Part shown: piece by piece, positions 7,777 to 19,806 of the stretch
Numbering within the stretch: the first letter of the stretch is position 1
Layout: each line of letters starts with the position of its first letter
Assembly: GCA_051439605.1 (NCBI GenBank)
Contig: JBFRWN010000032.1
Span: 64,001 to 128,000, forward strand
Reading direction: 5' to 3'
DNA length: 64,000 nt
Source of the DNA: Synechococcus sp.
GTDB lineage: Bacteria; Cyanobacteriota; Cyanobacteriia; Thermostichales; PCC-7336
The notes under the pieces: model-generated
What the model saw: the letters and a program-made list of their open reading frames with translations, nothing else
What the model was told of the DNA's origin: nothing
The model's database searches: none
Position numbers and translations under genes: made by a program

Positions 7777-9861
7777 ATGAAAGACCTTTCCAGCTATCGC
7801 AATATTGGTATCTTCGCCCACGTGGACGCGGGCAAGACGACCACGACCGAGCGCATCCTAAACCTCACCGGTAAGATTCACAAGATTGGTGAGGTGCACG
7901 ATGGGGCAGCCACCACAGACTTTATGGAACAAGAGCAAGAACGCGGTATTACAATTCAGTCCGCTGCTACCTCTTGTTTCTGGAAGGATCACCAGCTCAA
8001 TATTATTGACACCCCAGGTCACGTCGACTTCACCATCGAGGTTTACCGCTCCCTGAAAGTGCTGGATGGCGGTGTTGGTGTGTTTTGTGGCTCGGGTGGT
8101 GTAGAACCCCAATCCGAAACCAACTGGCGTTACGCCAACGAGTCTGAAGTTGCGCGGATCATCTACGTCAACAAACTTGACCGTACGGGTGCAGACTTCT
8201 TCCGTGTCGTTAAGCAGGTAGAAGAAGTCCTGGCCGCCAAGCCACTGGTGATGGTGTTGCCCATCGGTATTGAGAACGAATTTATCGGTGTGGTAGACCT
8301 GCTAACTGAGAAAGCATGGGTTTGGGACGAATCTGGAAAACCCGAAAACTATACGATTGAAGATGTCCCCGCCGATATGGTGGATGACGTTGCCACTTGG
8401 CGCGAACTGCTGATCGAGACGGCGATCGAGCAAGATGACGATCTAATGGAGAAGTACCTTGAGGGCGAGGAACTCACCATCGACGAGATCAAGTCTTGCA
8501 TCCGTAAGGGCACCCGCGATCTAGCATTCTTCCCTACCTACTGTGGTTCTTCGTTTAAGAACAAGGGTGTTCAGCTCGTGCTTGACGCTGTAGTCGATTA
8601 CTTGCCCAGTCCTGTTGAAGTCAAGCCTCAGCCTGAGGTGGACCTGGAAGGGAACGAGACAGGTAATGTGGCTTACGTCGATCCTGAAAAGCCTCTGCGC
8701 GCTTTAGCGTTCAAAATTATGGACGATCGCTTTGGAGCTCTGACCTTCACTCGCATCTACTCCGGTAAGGTCTCAAAAGGTGACACCATACTCAACAGCG
8801 CCACTGGAAAGAAAGAGCGGGTCAGTCGCTTAGTGGAAATGCATGCCGATTCTCGGGAAGAAATCGATACCGCTCAAGCTGGGGATATCGTCGCCATTAT
8901 TGGCATGAAGAATGTCCAAACCGGACATACACTCTGTGACCCCAACAACCCTGCCGTTCTGGAGCCCATGGTGTTTCCTGATCCGGTAATCTCCATTGCC
9001 GTCGCTCCCAAAAAGAAAGGGGACTCCGAAAAGATGGGTCTGGCGTTGAGCAAGATGGTTCAAGAGGATCCCTCCTTCCAGGTGGAGACCGACCAGGAAA
9101 CCAACGAGGTGATCATGAAGGGAATGGGAGAACTCCACCTCGACATCAAGGTGGATATCCTCAAGCGCACCCACGGCGTAGAAGTAGAAGTGGGTAAGCC
9201 TCAGGTGGCCTACCGCGAATCCATTACCAAGCTGATTACAGACAGCTACACCCATAAGAAACAAACGGGTGGAGCAGGTCAGTTCGGCAAGATCGATTAC
9301 ACGATTGAGCCCGGCGAACCCGGTAGCGGCTACACCTTTGAGTCCAAGGTCACGGGTGGTAACGTACCTCGCGAATACTGGCCTTCGGTTGAGAAGGGCT
9401 TCGGCACTAGTCTGGATAAGGGTGTTCTAGCTGGATTCCCCTGCGTAGACATGAAAGTCACCTTGATGGATGGTTCCTACCACCCTGTTGACTCTTCTGC
9501 TGTTGCCTTCGAAACGGCAGCACGAGCCGCTTACCGCCAGAGCGTTCCCAAGGCCGGGCCTCAACTCCTAGAGCCCATCATGAATGTAGATGTGTTCACC
9601 CCCGATGACTACGTGGGTGACGTCATTGGTGACCTGAACCGTCGTCGCGGCATGATTAAGTCTCAAGATGCAACACCCACTGGTGCCCGCATCAAAGCTG
9701 ATGTCCCCTTAAGCGAAATGTTTGGCTACATTGGCGACCTGCGTACCATGACCTCCGGTCGCGGTCAGTTCTCTATGTCCTTTGCCAACTACGCACCCTG
9801 CCCTAAGAACGTGGCAGATGTGGTTATTGCCGAAGCCAAGGAGCGCGCAGAATCGAAGTAA
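7777..9861 (+). CDS. fusA: Elongation factor G (stand-alone paralog, not in the str operon)
   Basis: [46 protein letters not shown]; 694 aa. Confidence 0.97.
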   Translation: MKDLSSYRNIGIFAHVDAGKTTTTERILNLTGKIHKIGEVHDGAATTDFMEQEQERGITIQSAATSCFWKDHQLNIIDTPGHVDFTIEVYRSLKVLDGGVGVFCGSGGVEPQSETNWRYANESEVARIIYVNKLDRTGADFFRVVKQVEEVLAAKPLVMVLPIGIENEFIGVVDLLTEKAWVWDESGKPENYTIEDVPADMVDDVATWRELLIETAIEQDDDLMEKYLEGEELTIDEIKSCIRKGTRDLAFFPTYCGSSFKNKGVQLVLDAVVDYLPSPVEVKPQPEVDLEGNETGNVAYVDPEKPLRALAFKIMDDRFGALTFTRIYSGKVSKGDTILNSATGKKERVSRLVEMHADSREEIDTAQAGDIVAIIGMKNVQTGHTLCDPNNPAVLEPMVFPDPVISIAVAPKKKGDSEKMGLALSKMVQEDPSFQVETDQETNEVIMKGMGELHLDIKVDILKRTHGVEVEVGKPQVAYRESITKLITDSYTHKKQTGGAGQFGKIDYTIEPGEPGSGYTFESKVTGGNVPREYWPSVEKGFGTSLDKGVLAGFPCVDMKVTLMDGSYHPVDSSAVAFETAARAAYRQSVPKAGPQLLEPIMNVDVFTPDDYVGDVIGDLNRRRGMIKSQDATPTGARIKADVPLSEMFGYIGDLRTMTSGRGQFSMSFANYAPCPKNVADVVIAEAKERAESK

Positions 9862-10238
9862 TGCCTATAGCGACCGTCAAGTCGCTTAGGACATTTTAGC
9901 TATCCCAATCCATTACTGGGCATAGAGGCTTACGTCCAAACTAAAATCTCAAAGACCATAACTGCGAATGGGGTGTTTTGGCACCACCGCTGTATTTTCG
10001 TACGTTTGTCTCTGCTGGCTTGTTTGCTGGCAGGGACATTGATTTATTGTCGAGCAGCTGGCTCATAAAATGTTCCGAGTAACTCGACAGCCACAGCGAG
10101 ACCTAATTTCTGTAGTTTTGAATTTGGAGATCGCAGTATACTAAGCTTCGAACAGTTTTTTGCTGTAAGGTTTCTGCCCATGATGGCTACCGGATTGCAG
10201 CTCAATATCCGAAAGCGTTTTCGACTTGAGACCTAACC

Positions 10239-10712
10239 ATGAAGCATCTTCTTTCCTTATGTGTCGCTCTATTCGCGAGTCTGACGCTGGCGATCGCCCC
10301 TGCCGCTGCTGCAGACCGGTCAGCTGACCTTATGCCAGACAATGCTGTTTTTCCCCATACCTCCACGCAGACTGTGATTACAACTGATTCCGGCCTCCAA
10401 TACGTCGATCTTGTAGAGGGCAGCGGCCCCAGCCCTGAAACGGGTCAAACCGTAGTGGTTCATTACACCGGTACCCTTGAAGATGGTTCTGTCTTTGATA
10501 GCTCGGTTAAGCGCAATCGACCCTTTGAATTTACGCTCGGTATTGGCCAGGTTATTAAGGGCTGGGACGAGGGTGTTGCCAGCATGAAAGTGGGCGGAAA
10601 GCGCCAACTGACCATCCCGGCCGACTTAGCGTACGGATCTCGCGGAGCAGGAGGTGTCATTCCCCCCAATGCCACCCTCAACTTTGAGGTTGAGCTCCTC
10701 GATATTAAGTAA
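10239..10712 (+). CDS. FKBP-type peptidyl-prolyl isomerase with signal peptide
   Basis: [47 protein letters not shown]. Confidence 0.95.
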   Translation: MKHLLSLCVALFASLTLAIAPAAAADRSADLMPDNAVFPHTSTQTVITTDSGLQYVDLVEGSGPSPETGQTVVVHYTGTLEDGSVFDSSVKRNRPFEFTLGIGQVIKGWDEGVASMKVGGKRQLTIPADLAYGSRGAGGVIPPNATLNFEVELLDIK

Positions 10713-10990
10713 GTGCTCCTCTGAGGTTGGGAAGCAGTCAGAACCCAGAAGTATTGATGTATTAATTAATCCAAGTTGCTTCCCGAAGGTCGGAATACTT
10801 GCCATTGTTATTGCACCATCCCGGCCTCGTATCATTTCGACATATTCTTTGCAGGGGATTTGACAGCGATTTTTTCGCGCTGTTAAGCTTACTATTCGCG
10901 TCTTGAGGATGCCCTTGATGCTGGATGCAGACATTCGGCAAGTCAGGGGAATGTTGAGTTTGCGCTGTTAAACAGGAGAGCAATAACACT

Positions 10991-12355
10991 TTGGCCAACG
11001 TAGTAGTGATCGGCGCCCAATGGGGTGACGAGGGTAAAGGCAAAATTACCGACCTCCTGAGCGAAAATGCCGACGTTGTTGTCCGCTACCAAGGGGGGGT
11101 TAATGCTGGGCATACGGTGGTAGTTAACGGCCAGACTTTCAAGCTACATCTCATTCCATCTGGCATTTTGTATCCCGATAAACAGTGCGCGATTGCCAGC
11201 GGTACAGTCATAGACCCTAAAGTACTTCTCGGTGAAATCGACCAGCTACATGGTCTCGGCGTCTCCACCGATAATCTCTATATTGCAGAAACTGCCCACG
11301 TCACCATGCCCTATCACCGCTTGATTGATAGTGCTGAGGAAGCACGGAAGGGACACCAAAAAATTGGGACTACCGGTCGAGGTATTGGCCCTACCTATGC
11401 TGACAAATCTGAACGCACTGGAATCCGCATTTTAGATTTGATGGATCCCGATGGATTGCGTGAACGTCTAAACTGGGCCATCCCCTACAAAAATGTCCTC
11501 TTAGAGAAGCTATACGGTCTTGAACCGTTGGATCCGGAAGACATCATTGAAGAGTACTTAGGCTACGCTGAACGACTAAAACCCTACGTCACCGACGTTG
11601 GCATCGAGCTCAGCGAAGCGATCGCCAACCGCAAGAATATTTTGTTTGAGGGGGCACAGGGAACCCTTCTCGATTTAGATTACGGTACGTATCCGTTCGT
11701 GACCTCCTCCCACCCAATTGCTGGGGGCGCATGTATTGGTGCTGGCGTCGGTCCGACCATTGTCGATCGCGTGATTGGGGTGGCCAAGGCCTACACTACC
11801 CGCGTAGGGGAAGGTCCCTTTCCAACCGAGCTCATGGACGAGCGAGGTAACTATCTTTGTAAGGTGGGGGCCGAGTTTGGCACCACCACCGGTCGCCAGC
11901 GCCGCTGTGGATGGTTTGATGCGGTGATTGGCCGCTATGCGGTTCGTGTGAATGGCCTTGATTGCTTAGCCATCACCAAGCTAGACGTATTGGACGATTT
12001 GGACGAGATTAAGGTGTGTGTGGCCTACGAATACAAAGGACAGAGGGTGGAGCACTTCCCCAGCGACGCCAACGTCTTTGCCCAGTGCACCCCCATTTAC
12101 AAAACGCTACCTGGATGGAGTACCCCAACCAGTCATTGCCGCTCGATTGACGATTTACCCCCTGCAGCCTACGACTACCTTAAGTTTCTGGCTCAATTGA
12201 TGGATGTTCCCATTGCGATTGTGTCTTTGGGGGCCAGTCGCGATCAAACCATCATTGTGGAAGATCCCATCCACGGTCCTAAGCGAGCTTTGCGTTATGA
12301 AAAAGGTCAGACCGGTGACCATGCGCTTAGCCCAACCCCTGTTGAAACGGCATAG
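10991..12355 (+). CDS. purA: Adenylosuccinate synthetase
   Basis: [51 protein letters not shown] start. Confidence 0.98.
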   Translation: MANVVVIGAQWGDEGKGKITDLLSENADVVVRYQGGVNAGHTVVVNGQTFKLHLIPSGILYPDKQCAIASGTVIDPKVLLGEIDQLHGLGVSTDNLYIAETAHVTMPYHRLIDSAEEARKGHQKIGTTGRGIGPTYADKSERTGIRILDLMDPDGLRERLNWAIPYKNVLLEKLYGLEPLDPEDIIEEYLGYAERLKPYVTDVGIELSEAIANRKNILFEGAQGTLLDLDYGTYPFVTSSHPIAGGACIGAGVGPTIVDRVIGVAKAYTTRVGEGPFPTELMDERGNYLCKVGAEFGTTTGRQRRCGWFDAVIGRYAVRVNGLDCLAITKLDVLDDLDEIKVCVAYEYKGQRVEHFPSDANVFAQCTPIYKTLPGWSTPTSHCRSIDDLPPAAYDYLKFLAQLMDVPIAIVSLGASRDQTIIVEDPIHGPKRALRYEKGQTGDHALSPTPVETA

Positions 12356-12412
12356 AGCTTCTCGTATCAGAGCTATGCGCTTACTGTCACCAATATAGAT
12401 AGGGGTCACTTT

Positions 12413-13255
12413 TTAATGGCTCCTGGCCGGGTGTGGCCGGAATAAATGGACATGGTTGGGGTGATACAGGCGCGATCTCCGATCTCCACTGACGTTCAGT
12501 GCCGGGCTAATGAGATAGAGCACAGTGCGATTGAGTCTCTGAGCTTTAGTCAGTTCGTGGAGCTGACTGAGGGAACCCGTTAAAATCTGTTCGTCTGGCC
12601 ACCCAATGCGATAGCAAATGGCGATGGGGGTATCTGATTCGTAATGCTCCAGAAGAGTCGCCTGAACGTCTTTGGAATGATGGGCACTCAAGTACAGGCA
12701 AAGGGAAGCCCGATGGGCAGCCATCCCTGCCAAATCCTCTGCGCTTGGCACTGACGTTCGGCCGGTTGCCCGCGTCAAAATAATGCTTTGCACCAAGTTG
12801 GGCACCGTTAATTCAACTTTTAACCGTGCCGCTGCCGCCTGGAACGCACTCACCCCTGGGATAACCTCGAACTCCACTCCCGCCTCCAGGAGCGCTACCG
12901 TCATCTCCTGTTGAGCCCCATACAAACAGGGGTCCCCATCCTGAAGTCGCACCACAACTTTCCCTGATTTAGCATGGGAAATCATGCTGGGTACAAGGGT
13001 TTCTAAAACCTGCGATCTAGTATCGATCGCTTCGGCACCGGGGCGACAATAACGCAACATGCCTGCGGGAACTAGCGAGCCTGTATATACCACTACGTCT
13101 GCTGCTTGCAACAGGCGCCAGCCTCGCACTGTAATCAAGTCGGGATGTCCCGGTCCTGCACCTACGATGTATACCCGCCCGGGAATAATGTCTGTTGCCA
13201 CTGTCCATCTCCAAAGATGTTTACCCAGCATACTGATGGGAACAGATGAAGCCAA
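12413..13255 (-). CDS. cobM: Precorrin-4 C11-methyltransferase
   Basis: VYIVGAGPGHPDLIT, RLQDGDPCLYGA, IPGVSAFQAAAA, ELTVP.LVQSIILTR. True start may be a few codons downstream. Confidence 0.9.
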   Translation of the reverse strand: MASSVPISMLGKHLWRWTVATDIIPGRVYIVGAGPGHPDLITVRGWRLLQAADVVVYTGSLVPAGMLRYCRPGAEAIDTRSQVLETLVPSMISHAKSGKVVVRLQDGDPCLYGAQQEMTVALLEAGVEFEVIPGVSAFQAAAARLKVELTVPNLVQSIILTRATGRTSVPSAEDLAGMAAHRASLCLYLSAHHSKDVQATLLEHYESDTPIAICYRIGWPDEQILTGSLSQLHELTKAQRLNRTVLYLISPALNVSGDRRSRLYHPNHVHLFRPHPARSH

Positions 13256-13741
13256 GAGTTGTCCTTAGATTCAATAACTCTAAACGAGGATAGGCCGTAC
13301 TTCCGCATGTCAAGAATTCAGTTCATAAGCAACTCCTAATGGAATGGGGAATTGCACGTATATTTACGGGAGACCTAGGGACAAGGGGCGGTTAAATAAT
13401 TCGTCAGTATGGGCAAGGTAATTTTGCTGCTGGAACTACCGAAAACTATGACCATAGCTTTTGATACTCCCTTACCGATATCAAGCTGAATCTTGAATAA
13501 CGAACATTTCTAAATCTCAAATGCCTGAGAAAAAATAGACAAATAAGTTAAATAGAGTAATATCTGTTGAGGTTCAAAATGAAAAGTACTAAAGCAAGTC
13601 AAGTGATTCTGCCAAAAGTAATCTGTGACGGTAGTTTCTATTGGGAACGAATTTTTAAAACTAGTAAATATGCACCTCATTTCGATCTCGAATGTATGAG
13701 ACCAGTTATCGATTGCGATGGTAGCTTTCCCATAAAAAACT

Positions 13742-16219
13742 ATGATACATTATCTCGATTTGATATCAGCGCTGCTACCGTTGAATCCCAATTATAGCTG
13801 GGATAGTCACTGGCCATTATCTAAAGACCTCCCGGACTTCGATGGGTTTGTTGATCGAACTGTCAAAGATGTATTATTTCAAGTAGATATTGCTGGAAAA
13901 TGGAAGTTTCTCAGCCCCGACTGGTCCCAGCTATCTGGATTTAAATTAGAAGAAAGTTTAGGATTGTCTTTCCTAGATTTTATCTGTCTTAATGACAGGA
14001 GAGTTGTCCACAATCTATTTCAGCAATTAATTTCTGGGCACCAAACCAGCTTTCGCATCAATACACGATTGCGAGTAAAAGATAGCGACTACCGCTACGT
14101 AGAAATATGTGCCTGCTTACTCTTGAGCGATCGGCAGAAGGTTGTAGGAATGACTGGAACCCTCACTGAAGTAGCTGGACGGAAGTCAGAACTTTGGTCT
14201 AAAAGCTCGCTAAGCTGTTCCAACCGCCATCTGGAAAATTTTTTTCAATCACTTTCCTTTCCTGCGAGTATCATTGAACCATTCGATACTGACATCCTAT
14301 TTCTCTATACCAATAAAGCTGCAGAGGATTTCTACACCCTTTTTCCCGAACAAGAGAATCAGCGTTTTGCTCGAAGATTGGGCATTCCTCAACATTATAT
14401 TTACCCATTGCTAGAATACTGTCATCGCAGCCAGCAGTCTGGCCTGCCAACACAGTTTGAGATTAAGTATGAAAATGGCACAGAATCCAAATGGCTAGCT
14501 CACACAGTTTGCCCCCTAGGCAGAACTGCCAGTGGCAAGCCTATGTTCTCGTTCACTGCAATCGATATCACCGAAAGCAAGCAGACTGTGGAGACTTTGG
14601 TCGCGAGTGAGGCTCGTTACCGTTCGGTTCTAGAAGCATTGACAGAGTATGTCCATTGTTGCTCTCCAGATTACAAATTCACATTTGCTAATCATGCATA
14701 TTGCCAGTTTAGGCAAAAATCTTCAGACGAGCTAATTGGCATCGGAATCTTCGATGATGTTTCACCTGAGGATAGAGAACTAGTTCGTAAACATTTTGAT
14801 TCACTTACACTTGAAAAACCGATTGCAGTTGGTGAGAACCGTACGGTTTCTCCTGAAGGTCAGGTGCACTGGCACCAATGGATTGATCGGGCAATTTTCA
14901 ATGAAAGGGGTAAACTTGTCGAAATTCAATCTGTCGGCAGAGATATCACCGATCGCAAGCGTTCCGAAGAGACTCTTAAACTTCTGAATTCAGAACTTGA
15001 ACAGCGGACTAGTGAATTACAAAAGGCTCTAGAGTTTGATGCCCTTCTCAAACGCATTATCGATCAAATGCGCGACAGTCTCGATGAAAGCCAAATTCTC
15101 AATGTTGTTGTCCGAGAATTGGGCCAGGCTCTCGGTGCTGAATATTGCAATACTGCCCTTTACGATAATGGAAAGATCATATTTGAGAGCCTGCACGAAT
15201 ATTCTAGGTCTAAAGCTCCTATCAACTTGATTCAGATTGCACTTGCAGATTTTCCTAGAGCTTATTATCAGGTGCTTCAAGGAAAGAATGCTTGCTTTTG
15301 CTGGGCGCAACAGTCTGCCGTCCAACAACCTCAGTCGCGATACTCTGTTTTGGTCTCTCCGATCGTTGACGATCGGGGGGTCTTGGGCAACCTGCGGATT
15401 TTTAAACAAGCTGATAGGATTTACGAGCCGTCTGAACTGCGATTGGTTGAGCAAGTGTCAACTCATTGCGCAATTGCAATTCGTCAAGCCAGGCTCTTCC
15501 AGGCAGCCCAGGCACAGGTTCAGGAACTGGAACGACTGAACATCATGAAAGATGATTTTCTCAGTACTGTCTCGCACGAATTAAGGACACCAATCACTAG
15601 CATGAAGATGGCAATCCAAATGCTGAAGGTATCTGATTCGGAGGAGAAAAGGCAGCGATATCTTGCTGCTCTGGAGTCCGAGTGTCAACGAGAAGCCAAT
15701 TTGGTTAACGATCTTCTCGATCTACAGAGGCTGCAATCTGGAGCTAGTCCTCTAGAGATAACCGAAATAAACCTCCAGGCCTGGATTCCCAAACTAGTAA
15801 AGTCATTCACCCCTCGCATTGAACAACGACAGCAGCAGTTAGACATAACAATCAACCCATCCATTGCGCCACTTCGAACGGATGAAAAGAGTTTGCATCG
15901 GATTTTGGCAGAGCTAGTCAATAATGCCTGCAAATATACGCCTGATGGAGGCTCGATCTCTGTTGTCGCTGACACTAGCGTAGATAGTTGGGGACTAATC
16001 AGCGTCAGCAATTCTGGAGCAGAGATTTCACCGGCGGAAATAGAGCGTATTTTTGACAAGTTTTATCGCATTCCCAGTGGCGATCCCTGGAAGCAAGGAG
16101 GTACTGGATTGGGGCTCGCGCTAATCGCGCAATTAGTAGACCATCTTGGTGGATCGATCGAGGTCTGCAGCGAGGATGGACAAGTCACCTTCTCTGTTAG
16201 ACTACCAAGCAATAAGTAG
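13742..16219 (+). CDS. PAS-PAS-PAS-GAF sensor histidine kinase
   Basis: PAS/PAC motifs (DIT), a GAF-like segment, H-box FLSTVSHELRTP, N-box NNACKYT, G-box GGTGLGL. Confidence 0.92.
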   Translation: MIHYLDLISALLPLNPNYSWDSHWPLSKDLPDFDGFVDRTVKDVLFQVDIAGKWKFLSPDWSQLSGFKLEESLGLSFLDFICLNDRRVVHNLFQQLISGHQTSFRINTRLRVKDSDYRYVEICACLLLSDRQKVVGMTGTLTEVAGRKSELWSKSSLSCSNRHLENFFQSLSFPASIIEPFDTDILFLYTNKAAEDFYTLFPEQENQRFARRLGIPQHYIYPLLEYCHRSQQSGLPTQFEIKYENGTESKWLAHTVCPLGRTASGKPMFSFTAIDITESKQTVETLVASEARYRSVLEALTEYVHCCSPDYKFTFANHAYCQFRQKSSDELIGIGIFDDVSPEDRELVRKHFDSLTLEKPIAVGENRTVSPEGQVHWHQWIDRAIFNERGKLVEIQSVGRDITDRKRSEETLKLLNSELEQRTSELQKALEFDALLKRIIDQMRDSLDESQILNVVVRELGQALGAEYCNTALYDNGKIIFESLHEYSRSKAPINLIQIALADFPRAYYQVLQGKNACFCWAQQSAVQQPQSRYSVLVSPIVDDRGVLGNLRIFKQADRIYEPSELRLVEQVSTHCAIAIRQARLFQAAQAQVQELERLNIMKDDFLSTVSHELRTPITSMKMAIQMLKVSDSEEKRQRYLAALESECQREANLVNDLLDLQRLQSGASPLEITEINLQAWIPKLVKSFTPRIEQRQQQLDITINPSIAPLRTDEKSLHRILAELVNNACKYTPDGGSISVVADTSVDSWGLISVSNSGAEISPAEIERIFDKFYRIPSGDPWKQGGTGLGLALIAQLVDHLGGSIEVCSEDGQVTFSVRLPSNK

Positions 16220-16582
16220 CATTAGTGCTGGTACTATTTCCTCATACTAAAGAGAACTACGATTTTTACTAAGCAAACAAAGGCTTCATAGCCTGTTGGA
16301 ACCAACTACTGCTTTCGGTAGCAAGGTTGTTCAAGTCAGTTCGATATTGGCCACCTAATGCAAAATGAGCGACTTCTTGAACAAAAATGTCGGTATTCTC
16401 GGTATTCTAGGCTCTTGTTCCCCTTTCACGAGCCGGCGGGGGACCATCGAACTCAGACTGTTCAGGTGACATTATCCTGCAAATAACCAAATTTTACTCC
16501 GAACGCTAGTAATCGGTGGTCGTTCCAAGCAAACAAGAATTTCTCCTTTGCCAATCGTTACACATCCAGCCTCTGTAGCCAA

Positions 16583-17428
16583 CTACTCCAGCCCACTGTT
16601 GGGAAGATCCGATACAGAGATTAACGGTAAGTCCCATTTTTCTGCAATTTTAGCTAGCTCGCCATTTTCTTCTAGTACCGCAATAGCTGCATTGAATGCT
16701 GAGGTGAGTTCAGGGGTTGTAGGCTGCACTGCAATCCCGTAATACTCGGATGTAAACGGCTCGCCTACCATTGTCAAGGTAGAAGGAAACTGCCGATTGA
16801 TAATATCGGCGGAGGTGGGAGCATCTGTAATCACGGCATCAATATCACCCTGTGCCAGGGCTTGCATGGCTAGGTCGATTGTCTCGAATCGCATGATATT
16901 GCCGTTGGCACTATAGTCAGTGGCGACAAGATCGCCCGTTGTGCCAAGTTGCACGCCCACAACCTTGTCCTCCAGATCTTTCGGACCAGCGATATCGCTA
17001 TTTACTGGAACGGTGACAATCTGACCTGCCTTGAGATATGGCCGAGTAAAGTCAACCACTTGTGCTCTCTCTGGAGTGATCGTAATGGCAGAGGCCACCG
17101 CATCGAACTCGCCTGCTGCTAGGGTTGTAAAAATACCATCGAAACTCGTGCTCTGGAATTTGGGGATACAGTCAAGTAGCTCGCACAAGGCAGCCAGTAA
17201 ATCAACATCAAAGCCTTGAATCTCATTGTCGGCTGTGACGAATCCGAATGGGGGGTACGTTGTATCGGACCCAATCGAAATATCTCGCCCTCCTAGAGTC
17301 GGAAGAGTATTGGAGGGGAGTTTGGCTGTCCTATCTGTAGATGAATTATCTAAGGCAGAAGTCTGTAAAGAGCATCCATAGTTAGCCAATGCTAATGCTA
17401 GGGCCAAACAATGTGAAAGATATTTCAT
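16583..17428 (-). CDS. Polar amino acid ABC transporter substrate-binding lipoprotein (orphan)
   Basis: Lipobox-like NYGC; GSDTTYPPF, GFDVDL, ITITPER...VDFT.PY, VGVQLGTTG. Confidence 0.9.
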   Translation of the reverse strand: MKYLSHCLALALALANYGCSLQTSALDNSSTDRTAKLPSNTLPTLGGRDISIGSDTTYPPFGFVTADNEIQGFDVDLLAALCELLDCIPKFQSTSFDGIFTTLAAGEFDAVASAITITPERAQVVDFTRPYLKAGQIVTVPVNSDIAGPKDLEDKVVGVQLGTTGDLVATDYSANGNIMRFETIDLAMQALAQGDIDAVITDAPTSADIINRQFPSTLTMVGEPFTSEYYGIAVQPTTPELTSAFNAAIAVLEENGELAKIAEKWDLPLISVSDLPNSGLE

Positions 17429-17978
17429 GTTAAATGAGATCGATTGGGAAAAAGTAAAGTTGTTATTCTCAAGCTCTATGCCAACTTGTCATAACTCTTC
17501 CCAATTCAATGAGCTTTATGACACAGAGCAGGATTACAAATGAATTCTGAAGTGCTAGATCGTTTTATCGGCTGCTTTGTGAAAATTAGATATGAAGCCA
17601 ATATTTGAATTAGAGCTGAAGAAGTTACGATCTAATCCTTATCTGAAAGGGATTGTGAGTCATCACAGACTCTCTAACACCATAATATTTCGTTTGAGTA
17701 AGAGCACAAAATGAGTTCGTCATTACATAGGGAACGATGTTATCAATTCTTGCATTCCAGAAAATCTGCAAGTATTAAATTATATGCCTATGCAGCATTT
17801 ATCATACTATGCGATGTTTGTAATGGGTGAATATACTGGTTTTTTTAGGCTTTTCCATCCTCTATCCGTATAAAATCCATCTATAAACGTTACGGTTGTA
17901 GCTCGTTTAGCTGCAGCCTAGTATCGAATCGGACAAATAATTATACCCAAGTGCATCGATCGCAGAGGATTATCTATC

Positions 17979-18749
17979 ATGAAATCGCTAGAACCCCGGT
18001 TTATCTATGCTGAGTGCGAACGCCATGCTCTTGAGCAGATGGAAAAACTGTTTGATTCAGTCCTGTTTACGAGAGAATTTCATCTAGGTCAGGCAACCGA
18101 TCGCGAATATTACAAGCGTCATCTTCTTGAAGCAGTCATTCGAATCGGACTCAATAACGATGTCGATACCTACTGTTTGCACAAAATTGTTAGCAGCAAT
18201 GCTTCAGTAGCTAAAAAATTGCTTGATTATTTGAAAGAGGAATATGGCCACGATAGTATGATTGCAAAGGATTTGGAGAAATTTGGTATTACTGAGACAG
18301 AAATACTGGAAACAAAACCTTTGTTCTCGACTAAGCTGTTGATCTCTTTTATGTACTATGAGATAGATAAAGAAGGGGCAATGCCTACTGTGGTTTGGAA
18401 TTGGTTTGTTGAATGGTACTCTCACCGGTATAATATGACAATTACTCAGAAGGCAGAGCAAGAGTTTGGGCTCAATAAAGTTCGAAATTCTCTGGCTCAT
18501 CTCAGGATTGATGAAGAAATGACTCATGAAGACGATATGACTTCTGCGCTCTCTCTTTTGATTCACGATGAAAGCGAATTGGAAAAGTCCAAGAGTTACC
18601 TGACGAGCTACATTCAATTGATTGGTATGTACTTCCAAGAGCTATACAACCTGACAGTGGGTGCAACTACTGATGTAGATCTTTCTCGAATGTCCTATTT
18701 TGAAACTTGTTTAGGGAACGATAGTAAGCAACAGGTAGTTGCTCGATAG
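17979..18749 (+). CDS. Heme-oxygenase-like (TenA/PqqC/CADD superfamily) iron-containing redox enzyme
   Basis: All-helical acidic protein with EEYGHD..I.KDL, FVEW and HLRIDEEMTH candidate diiron ligands. RBS GAGGA. Confidence 0.65.
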   Translation: MKSLEPRFIYAECERHALEQMEKLFDSVLFTREFHLGQATDREYYKRHLLEAVIRIGLNNDVDTYCLHKIVSSNASVAKKLLDYLKEEYGHDSMIAKDLEKFGITETEILETKPLFSTKLLISFMYYEIDKEGAMPTVVWNWFVEWYSHRYNMTITQKAEQEFGLNKVRNSLAHLRIDEEMTHEDDMTSALSLLIHDESELEKSKSYLTSYIQLIGMYFQELYNLTVGATTDVDLSRMSYFETCLGNDSKQQVVAR

Positions 18750-18879
18750 ATTCCCTTCTGGTCAATCTGCGAAGCGACCTCCGCCAGGAGATCGCTTTGT
18801 GATATTGAGAAGTATTGACTGTCTCTACGCATCAGTTCAAAACTCGGTAATTCCGCGACCAAGAAGTGATAGGAGATAG

Positions 18880-19806
18880 ATGAATCTAAGAAAATCACTT
18901 CATTCAGACTTGATCTTGCTTTTTGTTGCATTCGTCTGGGGATCTACCTTTACGATTGTCAAGGAGGCAACAGCTTTAATCCCCCCATTTTCATTCTTAG
19001 GAATTCGGTTTCTCATCGCATCTGTTGTGTTGGGATTTGGTCTATTACTCAGACCAAAACTAAGAGTGCTGCTAGATAGGGATCTTGGACAAGCAGGAGT
19101 CTTCTTAGGTATATGGCTTTTCTTGGCCTACTCCGTACAAACCATTGGTTTACAGTACACCTCAGCTGGTAGAACAGGTTTTATTACAGGTCTCTCAGTT
19201 TGCCTTGTACCGTTTGTTGCAGTGAAAATTTTGCGGCAGAGATTGCATAGGTACTCGTTCTTAGGTGTGACTTTAGCTGTTATTGGTCTAGCATTTCTTT
19301 TTTTATCTCCGCATTCTCTAGCGATGAATTGGGGGGATGTGCTAGTTGGCTTATGCGCAGTTGCCTTTGCCATCCATATTGTATTGGTCAGTAAATTTGC
19401 CAATACCTATCATCCCCTACTGCTGGGATGGGTACAGCTATTTACAGCAGCAACCTTAAACCTGTTAGCGGCCCTGGTACTAGAGCCTTTAGATAAGGCT
19501 TTAGATCCAGACATACTGTTCCAAACTCAAATACTACAGGCTTTTTTCATTACTTCCTTGTTTGCCTCCGTACTGGCATACGTCGCACAAATTTATTGTC
19601 AGAGGTACACGTCTCCAGTACGAGCGGCTCTTATGTTTTCTGCTGAACCTGTGTTTGCGATCGTAACTGCCTACTGGTGGGCAGGAGAGGTTCTCACTGG
19701 ATGGAATCTCCTAGGCTGTGGTTTGATCTTGAGCGGAATGATAGTACCCGATCTGTTTAGGGTTAGGGAATTATCTCTTTCAATGGAGGACCTGACTAGA
19801 AAGTAG
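18880..19806 (+). CDS. EamA/DMT family transporter
   Basis: VAFVWGSTF, GLQYTSA..TGFITGL, GD.L..LCA..FA.HI, EPVFA; about 10 TM helices. Confidence 0.92.
   Translation: MNLRKSLHSDLILLFVAFVWGSTFTIVKEATALIPPFSFLGIRFLIASVVLGFGLLLRPKLRVLLDRDLGQAGVFLGIWLFLAYSVQTIGLQYTSAGRTGFITGLSVCLVPFVAVKILRQRLHRYSFLGVTLAVIGLAFLFLSPHSLAMNWGDVLVGLCAVAFAIHIVLVSKFANTYHPLLLGWVQLFTAATLNLLAALVLEPLDKALDPDILFQTQILQAFFITSLFASVLAYVAQIYCQRYTSPVRAALMFSAEPVFAIVTAYWWAGEVLTGWNLLGCGLILSGMIVPDLFRVRELSLSMEDLTRK

Noticed and set aside
13255..13741. Cobalamin riboswitch near cobM
   Set aside because: No recognisable B12-box or conserved core; the region looks like AT-rich promoter DNA.
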